Positions 50,901-62,461 of a stretch of 64,000 nt of DNA are shown here, in pieces (within the stretch, counting starts at the first letter, position 1; the number at the start of each line of letters is the position of its first letter). The notes under the pieces are model-generated. The model saw only the letters and a program-made list of their open reading frames with translations. It was not told where the DNA came from and did not search any database. Location: positions 6,572,001 through 6,636,000 of the forward strand of contig NC_047078.1 of the NCBI RefSeq assembly GCF_902459465.1, in the 5' to 3' direction. Origin of the DNA: Asterias rubens (lineage: Eukaryota). The translations under genes and the position numbers were made by a program.

Positions 50901-51978
50901 GTATCGAACAACAATAATGAATGCTAATAATCATTTTGCAAATAGGAACCAGACTATTTTGTTCTTCCAGCCTCAGTTTGGTAACATTGATATCAATAGG
51001 ATAAATTCAAGATGGCTTTACCATAATCAAGGTCTAAAGAGGATGTCAATACGATTATTCAGGTTTTGGTATTATTATTAAAGTCACCTGGAAATATATA
51101 TTTTTTTTCTTTCAAACATAAGAGTATATGCTTACGAACAATAAAACAATTAATTTTTTGTTTAGTAATTGTTTTTCACGATTTATATGTATAAAAAATA
51201 TATAAAGTTGTTTGGGGGGCTGACTCCGCCTACCCCTTTTGTGACGTCAATCGAGGCAGACTTTGCCTGCAATGCGTATAGTAAACACACGTGCAAAGTA
51301 CATGTACGACCAAATCGTGAGTTGGTACATTTCAAAAAGTGTTATTCTGCATTCCGCAGCAATACACCTGGTCGGCATTGCCGGGAAAAAAAAATTCACG
51401 ACTTGGTCCGTACAGTACTTTGCAATTGTGTTTACTCTACGCATTACAGGCAAAGTCTGCCTCGATTGACGTCACGAACAGCGCCCTCTCGGGTCGGGGT
51501 TTACTCCTAGATTTGTAAATAACATAAGAACTGATTTTTTAAAACCTTAGTTAACTGTTTATTCACATTCCACTCATCAAAACACATATTTTAGTGACAC
51601 AAGCTTTAATTTGAAAAAATACCACTTCCAGGTGACTTTAATATTGACACATTTCTTGTTTTGTTCGGGTTGTGTGTGTAATACAAAATTGTATTGTGTT
51701 TTTTAGAACTGGACATCTTTGCAGATCAGATGCGCAACAGTAACTTCAGAACCACTCAAACAGTAGACTTTCAAGATGCTTTCGATGGCTCTACACACTA
51801 CTGGCTGACAATCAATCAATACAAAATTGAATTCGGTAGACTGGGAGAAACCAGCGCCCTTAAATACCAATCGATGAGTGAGATAATAACCGGGGTTAGC
51901 ATTTATACCCTGTATGGCACGACTGTAGTATTCTACGGGACCTGCCCGGCTGAGGTTGAATCTGCAGACTTTCAGTAA
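47965..51978 (+). CDS. Secreted protein, array gene 4, 247 aa
   Basis: Exons 47965-48028 (MMFNVICLAFAMLLVASIVMK), 48897-49103, 49819-50019, 51707-51978; GT-AG phase 1, ORF intact. Confidence 0.85.
50063..50657. mobile_element. MITE (GGCC..TTCACACT TIR) with a nested second MITE at 50175-50414
   Basis: Outer GGCCTTTTCACACT / AGTGTGAACAAGCC; inner GGGCCAATTTTATAGAGCTGCT / AGCAGCTCTATGAAATTGGGCC. Confidence 0.7.
51078..51641 (+). mobile_element. Kolobok-like THAP element, internally deleted copy in the opposite orientation
   Basis: TTAA-AGTCACCTGGAA ... TTCCAGGTGACT-TTAA; homologous to 11237-12025, with the MPTRCIAAEC THAP start on the minus strand. Confidence 0.72.
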
Positions 51979-52587
51979 ATTATTTCCTTTGTTCAGGACC
52001 ATAAGGTCATTAATGCAGCTCGTATGAATTTCATCAAATTGCTTATGCGTAATTTGGAGCTCCCTGTTTGGTGGGGTTCGTTGATTAAAATTGGTCGTCA
52101 AAGATTTTTTTTTTTACAAAAATCCCATTCGCTTTTTGACAAAAGCATTGATGTGTTGATTAAAAAAAATTGTCATAACGGAGAGGGCGTGAGACCCCCC
52201 ATCGGTTTCATTCAAGACCGGGCTGATTCCCTTCTTTTAGAGGCACCAGACACCTTTTGTCAAAGACAAGTATTCTCACTTGGTGTAATACAAACATAGT
52301 GCAGCAAGAGCACACAAATGTTTGACATAATTTACGTGGTTTCAGGTGCCTAGTGAAGGCTTCAGGCCTGAAGTATTTTACCTGAATTAAATAATTGAGT
52401 GGACAAAATACATCATTCTCATAAAACTACGTTACTTCAGAGTGCAACGTTTCTGACAATGTTTATATCATTGGTACTCCGTTGATCATTCAAGTAAGTT
52501 TTTTATGGTAACTACAAAATTACCAAAAAATATTTGTCAAGTGTTTGTTCTAATTTTTCTTTAAAAAAACGTTTGTAAGAGCTGTCT

Positions 52588-52972
52588 TTAAAGGCAGTGG
52601 ACACTATTGGTGATTACTCAAAATAATTATTACCATAAAAACTTTCTTGGTGACGAGTAATGGGGAGAGCTGATGGTATAAAACATCGTGGGAAACGGCT
52701 CCCTCTGAAGTGCCATAGTTTTCGAGAAAGAAGTAATTTTCCACAAATTTTATTTCGAGACCTCAGATTTAGAATTTGATGTCTCGAAATCAACCATCTA
52801 AACGCACACAACTTTGTGTGACAATGGTGTTTTCTTCTTTCATTATTATCTCACAACTTTGATGACCGATTGGCTCAAATGTTCACAGGTTGGTTATTTT
52901 ATGCATATGGTGAGAAACACCAACTGTGAAGGCTAGTCTTTGACAATTACCAATAGTGTCCACGGCCTTTAA
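52588..52972. mobile_element. Major TTAA-AG MITE copy
   Basis: Same TIRs and body; a partial relative lies at about 52240-52530. Confidence 0.85.
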
Positions 52973-55566
52973 AAGAACACTAATTATGTTGTTTTCTGCT
53001 GGGAAATTTGTTGCTGCTTTCAATTTAAAACCTTGCAAATCTAGTTCGATGGCGTATACACCAGTTTAGGCGTTACACTTTGGCTCGCTTTCTTAGTGAT
53101 TTCATTGTGATAGTTTGTGGATGTGTTTTTAACTCTTACAAACGTTTTTGTGGTCATCCTTTAAGTAATGGAACTTGAGATAATAGTTCATTAGAAAAAT
53201 CAAGACTTCTGAGTGTATTTCAAATTTACAATGAGTACCACACGTTCAAGTTCAATATTTGTAGTGTGCGTTTAAAATATAAACAATCGGATTTATGCTT
53301 AAGAATTGAATTTGTTGTAGTATATCGGTATCGTATATATAGTAATCGTAATTGACAAGACACGTGCGATACACTGTTATTACTATATGTCCATACCGGA
53401 GTCCTAGTGAATTCTTTCCGCCGGAAATTAGGAGGAGGAGGGCGCTATCAGAAGAAGTTTGAACACAGTTCTCCATTTGGGGAGACTGCCCCATCGGCAC
53501 TTGCCATCATTACAGAGAAGTAGCGCTGTTATTAGGAATTTATTTATGCTTTGAATAATTTTAAGAGTACACCCTTTGCAATTGTAGTTAAATGTTCTGA
53601 CCAAGTGATAGAAAATACACTTACGTATTGATTAATGTGTTGTACTTTGTAGATGATCATACAAACGGTTTTAGACAATTTGGTGAAACCGCTGAGATAT
53701 TAAACTGTACTTAAAAAGAATTTTATATATCAGTGATTGTATAACTTTGCCAATTTATAAATTTATTTTCATAATGATTTTCTGACTGATGTTTTTACCA
53801 GTAGCCCATCGACTCACTGATCGTGTACACAGTTTTAGACAAAGCATCCCGGTGTAGGGGATGCTGTTAACGAAAACAAGGGAGAGTACAACAGTGTAAT
53901 AATGAACGGAAAACAAAATTGTGCTATTTTATGCAATTTAATGCTTTTAACCATCCTGTCATTGTAGCTTGCGCTGTTGGATGTGGCTGAAATGAAGTTT
54001 AAACAATTAGTGAAGCAGCCGTACACAAAAACATACATTGGTAAAGCCTTTTGTCACGCAGTTTAATCTAATTTTAAAACGGTAAATAAAAAGACGTACT
54101 TGGCAACGCAATTAATTATATCTTCATCGGAATGGTCTATCAAAAACTTAAATCTATCTTCCCTGCCAAGAATGTCAAAGTCTCTGTATTGATTTACAAT
54201 TATAAACCGACGTAACATTCAGTGCTGATTTCGTCAGAGTACTGGTTGCATAGGTTGAATCACATTGCAAACTCAAAATTAGTTTTTTAACATCGATTCA
54301 ATAGTATCAACAAAGGCTTCATTGTAATGTTATGAACTTGTTGGGCCCCTGTTTAAATCTTATCGAACACTATATATATTTTCAATTTAATTGTACTACG
54401 ACAATTGGCATTCTTTTAGTTTACCATTTGAAAGATCGTCCATAAAACATTGAAAATGTTTTACTCTGAAGAAAAAAGCTACAATACTATTGATTATACT
54501 TATATAGACGATGTGACCTATGTTTACATTCAAACCGCCCTCTGTTGACAAAACACTATATACGTCATGTTTCGCCGGGCACTGAGTTGCGTAGTCATAG
54601 TAAGATTGCGTACACTTTCTAGCTGGCTGCCAAAGCACAAAGGTTTTGCCCGGCGGTATGCGCGTGAATCATGTTATGGTTTTCGTGTGACGTCAGAGGT
54701 CACATCGTCAATAGCTTGGCTATTGTAATAATGTCAATTATGGTACTTGGTACTTGATGAAGTAATCCCTTTGCAGCTAGTAAATAAAAGCTTAACTGGG
54801 ATGATGTGCTGTGAAAGACGCAGTGACCAGTGGTTCAATAAGAGTGAGGATGTGAACAGAATCAGTATAGGATTGAAGTGGATTATGAATCAAAGTGCGA
54901 GAGCAGAAAAATGTAGGCCCACTGGTCACAATGCCCGTAAGGCTCCTTGTAATAATATGGTAATAAGAAGGTAATTTGCATTAAACAAAATAGTTAATCC
55001 AGTCCACGATAACTTCAATGATGACATTTTAAATATATTATGAGAACAATTGATTCCAGCCGTGTCAAACTTCCGTTACGAGAAGATTTTTATTAGGATT
55101 TTAAAATGGAGGTTTACCAAACTCGCCCGTTGTGCATCGCAGCACGAACCAAGTATTAACGATAAACAGGAGCTTTCTGATGTTGTCGTATCTTAATGAT
55201 CGTCTGTTGTTGTGTTGTAGTTATGGCAACACTATTTACAGCGTGTATACGTTCGAGTATGTGCAGTTTGCCTCATCACCGACTGCCCGTTTTTATATTC
55301 TGACGCAGTTACTTCAGTGTTTAGGGGGCTGTGAACACCGCAATTAAACATTCCGGTTGAGCAGTTATGTGGCAAGTAAACGTGAAACTTGGTTATCTCG
55401 AACTAGCATTGTGATTTTTGTTCACTGCATCAAGTAATTGCTTCAAAAGCAACAACCTTAACGATATCCATCGAGCGCCAGTTAACATATCACTAAAACG
55501 GACACCTGGGTGTATGGGGTTAACTCACGTTGACTTAAATCGTCGGCTGTCGCCTTCTATAAAATC

Positions 55567-58500
55567 ATGACGTTCAACAAGGTATTTCTTCCGTTTGTAG
55601 TCCTACTTGTGGCACCAAGCGCAATGAAAGGTAGGAAATGTTCTGACGAAAAAAAAATGCACTTTAAAGGCATTGGACACTATGGGTAATTGCTCTAAAC
55701 AATTATTAGCATAAAGCGGCCTTACTTGGTAACGAGTAATGGGGAGAGATTGATAGCATAAAATGGTGTGAGAATTGGCTCCCTCTGAAATGACTTAGTT
55801 TTCGAGAAAGTAGTAATTTTCCACGAATTTGATTTCGAGACCTTAGATTTAGAATTTGTGGTCTCGAAATCAAGCATCTGAAAGCACACAACTTCGTGTG
55901 ACAAGGGTGTTTTTTCTTTCATTAATATCTCGCAACTTCGACAACCAATTGAGCTCAAATTTTCACAGGTTTGTTAATTTATGCATATGTTGAGATACAC
56001 CAAGTGAGAAGACTGGTCTTTGACAATTACAAAAAGTGTCCAGTGTCTTTAAAGGGGAAGAACAATTTTTACTACAAGTAAATGTGACCGTGAATCTGTA
56101 CAATGATAAATCACCATGATTTCCATCAGTGATCGTTGCTCCTTTCAACAACTTATAAATGCATTAACAAATTGTCGATACTTTGTCTTACCAAAAGTTT
56201 TTCTGGTGTTTTTAAAATTGGGTTATGTAAATTTTGAAATGTTTAGGCTCAAGTCGCACCGATCTCCTAAAATGCATGTGGCAAGTAAGAAGAATAAATA
56301 AATATTAAACTTGCGGGTACAACCATGTGTAAATCTCTTATGAGTGAGTGTTGGCTCTGAAAAGAGCCGGTGTGGTCTCGACGTTTCTATCTCATTCAGA
56401 TTGGGCTTTGGTTTTCAACAATACACTTTAAAGCAAAGTATTGTTTTTTTTTTTTACTGTGTGACTGTTTTAATTCCATATTATGATGACATAGACATTA
56501 ACTCTTAAAAGCACATTATTAGTTTGAAGGGAATTATTTCGCAAATTGTGGTATTATAAACATCTGCATTGTTTCTACCACGTCAGTTTTTATGTTTATT
56601 TATTTTAGAGTAAAACCCAAAGATAAACCCTTCCTTTAAAGACAATCTGAAATAATTATTAGTTTTCACTGTAATGTCAGATTTATTTTCTCTCAGGGTA
56701 ATAAGAGACATGACTGAGAGACATGACTAATAAACTATCTATCTATCTAAAAAAAAAACATGTTTTGCTTGTTTAATAGACCGCCCTCTCTCGTTCAAAT
56801 GGTGAAACAAATCACAATAAGGATGGAAATGACAACCGTTGTTCTTGTATTTAAATCTTTCATGTTTTTAATTGCCGGTTCATATTGGAAAAATATGAAG
56901 AGACTGGTGGTTGCAGACAACGAAGGTGGTTATGATAATAATTATATTCGCTCCTGATAAAATAAAACCTCCCACTTAAGTATGTATTGATCAATATTAG
57001 GACCCGTTTATGCAACCCAAATCACCGCAACGTTAACATATCAACCTTGTGCGGTAATGATCTTAGCAGCTTCGGCTAGCATTGATTAATTAAACGATCC
57101 ATCAATAAAAGCCGGCCACCAAGCTTCTATCGTGTTAGTTGAAGGGGTTACGTTATAATATGTATTCAGTGGAAACTATTGGTAATTACTGAAAATAAGT
57201 CTTAGCATAAAACTTACCTGGTAACAAGAAATGGAGAGCTGTTGATAGTATAAAATATTGTGAGAAACGGCACCCTCTGATGTAACGTAGTTTTCGATAA
57301 ATAAAAGTAATTTTCCACTAAAATATTGATTTCGAGATCTCAGAATTAAATTTTGAGGTCCCGAAATCAAGCATCTGAAGTGAAAGCATGACAGGGCGTG
57401 TTTTTTCTTTCATTGTTATCTCGCAACTTCGACGACCAATATTGAGCTCAAATTTTCACAGGTTTGTTATTTTATGCATACTTATGTTGAGACACTAAGT
57501 GTCTTTGACAATATTATCAAATTGTTTCAGTGTCTTTATTGTTATTATTGTTCTGTTTTTGCGTCACCTTTTCCCTTCCCATTTTTGGCGAATGTATTTT
57601 TTATTTGGGAAATAACTTTTGAATATAGAAATAAATATGAAGAACAAATTGTACCATGATCATTCACCGTACGCAATTGCTTAAAAGTGACCATTGCTTC
57701 TGGTAATAAAATTTCATATAATAACATACAAATTGCTCTATTTAATTTGTATGACCAAAAGTGCTTCTGATGTATTAGGGGCCTATCACATTGGATATAG
57801 TAATTGTTTAAGTGTTACATGTTTTCAACAGTGAAGTCGCACTATTAAAACATGCACGTATTCAGATCGGGTTAACCCTAGCTTTAAACTACACCTATAA
57901 AGGAGAAGTAATCATTTGGATTTTGGAATTATTATATTATATTATTTTAATGCCATGTTTATATGCAATAAAATTGCCATGTGAAAATTTCTATTTCATA
58001 GCGTTATTTATTTAATTGCCGAAAATCTTTAGCGGTTATGTCTGCCCAGAAACAAAACGCCGTGTTTGGAATAAACAATTTCAGAAACATTTCACAATCT
58101 CAGATTGGAACTCTTTTAAGTTCCTATCTCTACAACTGCCTTCCTTTAAAGGGAATTGTTTTTTTTTTAAATTGTATGTATGTTTTCAACAGCTGCAGTG
58201 CTTCACACTTAGACAATGGACTACAACAAAACATGGAATTTTGTTCATAGACCGCCCTCTCTCGTCTATATGGTGAAAACTAAAATATGGTTGAAGGATG
58301 GGAATGACAGCAGTTGTTGCTCAATTGAAATTACATCCTTCAAGCTTTTATCAGCCGGCTCATATTGGAACAATGGATGGGATAGGAGGTTATGATAATG
58401 ATTATTAGTAATTTTTTTCTATTATTAATGTTTTAATGTCATTATGTAAAATAAAATTACAGTGAAATGCATTTTGGTTTTGCGTGTTTAAAAATATGTT

Positions 58501-61500
58501 ATACAAAAATACACACTAAAAATTTACCCTTTTCAAGAAAATACATATGCACATTATTAAATGTCCGTGCTGAAGTATGTACCTATCAATCATCTAGGGC
58601 CTGTTGTTTTATGGTCACAGTTTGTACCTTTAAACCTGTAGCCAGCGTGTGTGTTTGCTGAGCCGTATCTTCCTTTATTTACTTTCCCCACCTGTGTGCT
58701 TTGATAATGGCGCACTTGTTTCCTTTCAAGACGTGTTCATGCTTGACAAATTATGTGGTATGAAAGCTAACGCATGCCATAGCCGCACCCTCCTTCGATT
58801 CTGGGAACCTCGGGGCGGGATGCTGACCGGTGAAAACCTCGGGGATGTGATGTTCACTGCTTCTACCGTGGGGTCTGACGGCGCTACTGGCTGGACGTGG
58901 TATTGAGGGTCTCGGACTACCTTAACTGTGATGTACTACCGAAGGCTACCACGGAAAAATTTAACGACCTCGCCACCAATTTCCGGCCGTTTTTTGTTTT
59001 TGTTTCCTTTGCGCATGGACGACGACCGCCATGATTGGAGCGTTGAACAACAACACTCACACACACAAACATCATAAACATGGCGGAGTTCGATGTCACT
59101 GCGAGTCAAAAACGGCCCAATTTTGACAATTGTTTACAAACTGTTATTTTTCTCTCTTTTTTTCTGGATGTATATGTTATCCGGTAACCCTTCTTCTCAG
59201 GTAAGAAACAAATTCAGTGGTTTTGGAGTTAATTAACGGCGGGCAAATTGGTGGCGACGTGCGGAAAATTATCCACTGAACTAATTGTTATCATACACAC
59301 AATGTTTCAACCGTTGTCTTTGTCAGTTAATTTCGTTTTCTTATTGTTTTGGTAATTCCATCGTTTTATTAGTCTGCCGTGCGTTACGACTATGGGGTTT
59401 AACCTTGTGAGTTGGTCGTACGTAACACTGTTAAGGCAACCACGGAGTACTGTACGTTATAATATTAACCTTGCGGGTAAGGATCTAACAACACTCTGAA
59501 AGGCACTGGACACCTTTGGTATTAATTGTCAAAGACCAGGACTCTCACTTGGTGTATCCAAAAATAGGCATAAAATAACAATTTTTTGTCAAAAAATTTG
59601 ACTCAACTCGAAATTGAAAGAAAATAATGAAGGAAAAACACCAGATGCCCAATAAAAGGTTTCAGGCCTGAAGCCTTTGAATATTATCTAAGTGAGGCAT
59701 TATACCTCTTTCTCAAAAACTTCAGAGGGAGTCGTTTCCCACAATGTTCTATGTTATCAACAGCTCTCCATTGCTCGCTACCAAGTGTTTTTTTACGCTA
59801 ACAATTGTTTTGAGACATTGCTAATAGTGTCCAGTGCATATATTCGAAATTACCTGTGAAATATTATTTTATAATTGATTGTTTTTTTTATCACGCAGTT
59901 AACGCACGCGTATGTTATATCGGTGATGAAGCCAGCTCTATCAAGGGCGAACCACTTCTGAAGTTACTGCCTGATCAAAACCCGTGTGAATGCACGGAGT
60001 TTCGTCCCGGCGGGGTTAACACAAAGCGACAGGCAAAGCCTCGTGAAGTAACGTTTGGTAATGACGGTCATCCACAAGGCTGGACTGACAAGGACTGCGT
60101 CAAAGGTATGACCACAAAATTGCTCCTATTTTGTCACTTATTTTGTTATATTTCTCATGCCTCAATTTGACTATAATCTGCACGCATTTTCACATTCCGT
60201 TTTCTTTAAAAAAAAAAAAAAAACATAGTTAATGACCTGACGTCTTCATCCTAGAGCCTGGAGTCTTTCTAGAAGGCCATTTCCTATTTTTTATTATTTT
60301 TTTTTTTTCATTTATACCATGGTTCCTTTTGGTTGGTAAGCAGGTTGCAACAGCTAGGGCCTAATACAAACATAATCTCATCTCTTCTTTCAAGTGGTAA
60401 TTGAAGTTACCCAACTGTTTTGATTTATGTTTCTTCTTCGACCCATCAGAGAGGCAGACCACTTATACCTCACCACCCTGTGACACATATTCCTTGAACA
60501 GTAAGCAAGGACTAGCCTTTCCTCCTTATGGACAATCATTTCAGTCGTACCCCGTTAAGCTTGAGTTCACTCTGCAGAGCTCAACCAAAGATAGAGTGGA
60601 GATTGACTCTTTCAACATACAAAACATTTATCAATGCACTTTTGGTGAGTAAGTCTGGTATCCATTTTCCCCCCACAAGTTATGTTAATTTTTATTGTTT
60701 TTATGCATGCATACCTATATACACATTTTAAAGACACTGGACACACTATTGGTAATTGTCAAAGACCAGTGTTCTCACTTTGTGTATCTCAACATATGCA
60801 TATGAAAAGTTGAGCTCAGTTGTTCGTCGAAGTTGCGAGATAACAATGGGGGGAAAAACACCCTTGTCACACGAAGTTGTGTGCTTTCAGATGCTTAATT
60901 TCGAGACCTCAAAATCTAATTCTGAGGTTCGAAATCAAGATCGTTACTTCAGAGGGAGCCGTTTCTCACAATGTTTTATACTATCAACAGCTCCCCATTT
61001 CTCGTTACCAAGTTAGATTTTATGCTAATAATTATTTTAAGTAATTACCAATAGTGTCCACTGCCTTTAAGCAAACTTTTGTTATAAGACAGTGTTGTTT
61101 TGTGTGAAAGTAGTCGGTAAAGGCAATAACCAAAATATAATTGTTGCCCCAAAATAATGTTTCCAAACTCTCCCGTTCAGAACCCGCACATTATGTTGCT
61201 TTCCCAAACAAAACCTAAGTTCAGTACACAAGACCAATCAACCAAATCAAAATTATTATTATATAGTAAAAGTTTTGCGGTCACTCCATGTAATGATAAT
61301 CTCTTAATGAGTTGGAGTGGTTCTGAAATGAACCATAGAAGATGACGACCAAAGCATATTCATCGAAACGTCGAGTTGAAAACAATTATTCGATTCAGAA
61401 CCACCCCCACCCCAACTCATTTATTAATTTAATGTGCAAATCGAGAAAGTGATTTTCATGCTGGGCATGATGAATAAAGAATTGAATTGAATTGAAATAA

Positions 61501-61947
61501 ATTGAGATTACCATAACATGGTGTTACCGCAAACCTCACTACATTGTATATCGTATTTCCACCATGCAAAGTTTCAAATCCTACTGAAATATTAATTGTT
61601 TGTTGTTGTTGTTGTTGTTGTTGTTGTTTTGGTTTGTGTGTGTAACATAGTTTCTATCGTACATTGTAGAACTGGACGGCAACTTAGATCAGATGCGCAT
61701 CAAGAAAGACGGCATCATCACACAAACAAAAGACTTTCAAGATGTTTTTGATGGTTCCACACACTACTGGGTAACAATCAGTCAATACAAACTGGAATTC
61801 GGTAGACTTGGAGAAGCCAATGCTGTCCTTGAGTATCAATCGATCAATGAGAAAATAACCCGATGTAGCCTTTGGACCCAGTCTGGCACAACTTTAGTAT
61901 TATATGGGACCTGCCCTCCTGACGTTTCGATTTTTTCTACAAACTGA
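55567..61947 (+). CDS. Secreted protein, array gene 5, 247 aa
   Basis: Exons 55567-55630 (MTFNKVFLPFVVLLVAPSAMK), 59899-60105, 60450-60644, 61670-61947; GT-AG phase 1, ORF intact, AATAAA immediately after the stop. Confidence 0.82.
55664..56052. mobile_element. Major TTAA-AG MITE copy
   Basis: Same TIRs; inserted 33 nt after the signal-exon donor of array gene 5. Further degenerate copies at about 7130-7400, 30545-30778, 57170-57540, 59495-59840 and 61965-62190. Confidence 0.85.
60728..61070. mobile_element. Major TTAA-AG MITE copy
   Basis: Same TIRs and body. Confidence 0.85.
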
Positions 61948-62461
61948 TTTTAAATAAATAAAAATAAAGGCACTGGACACCTTTGGTAATGGCGAAGATC
62001 AGTAGGCCTAGTCACACTTGGTGTATTCAACATGCATGAAAACAAGCGGGCTGTAATATTTGGGCTCAATTGGTCTTCTACAACATGAAAGGAAAAAAAC
62101 TTGTTGCAAAACATTGTGTGCTCTCAGATATCTAAAAAGAAAAAAAAAAAGGGCTTCAGGTCTGACATCATTTAATATTTGAGTAACAAAACTGCAATAC
62201 TCCCGTTTAAGAAATCCGTCTCGCTGCTGAAGTAAATGTGCTGACTACCCGGGTGTCTGTTTGCAAGTGTCCGAAAGGGTAGCAAGTAGTAATATTAGCA
62301 TACTAGTTTCAATCCTTAGCAATATGTTAAACATTTAAGTAACAAATACAATCCGATTAGTTTGGAAGTGTCGTGGCCGAGCGGTTAAGAGCACCGAATT
62401 AAAATGCTGGCGTTTCTGATCAGCATTTGAGTTCGAATCCCCAGCCGTTCGTTTTGTGTTC

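Noticed and set aside
1125-53450. Recurring GCGCCCTCT / AGAGGGCGC as a CTCF site series
   Set aside because: Several hits are coding (LEGA codons at about 15036; 19662 in a GPCR exon) or inside transposons, so I cannot support enrichment by eye.
53396-53526. Minus-strand exon-like segment (ACAG ... CCG|GTATGG) as an upstream GPCR exon
   Set aside because: All three frames contain stops between the acceptor and the donor, and no signal peptide is encoded.
6479-61016. Recurring ORFs such as [14 protein letters not shown]... and [21 protein letters not shown]...
   Set aside because: Chance frames inside the ~380-bp MITE family; stops and frames differ between copies and there is no transposase motif.
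23551-61947. One giant multi-repeat gene instead of a gene array
   Set aside because: Every D exon ends in a stop shortly after FYGTCP with no good donor, and each unit has its own ATG and signal-peptide exon.
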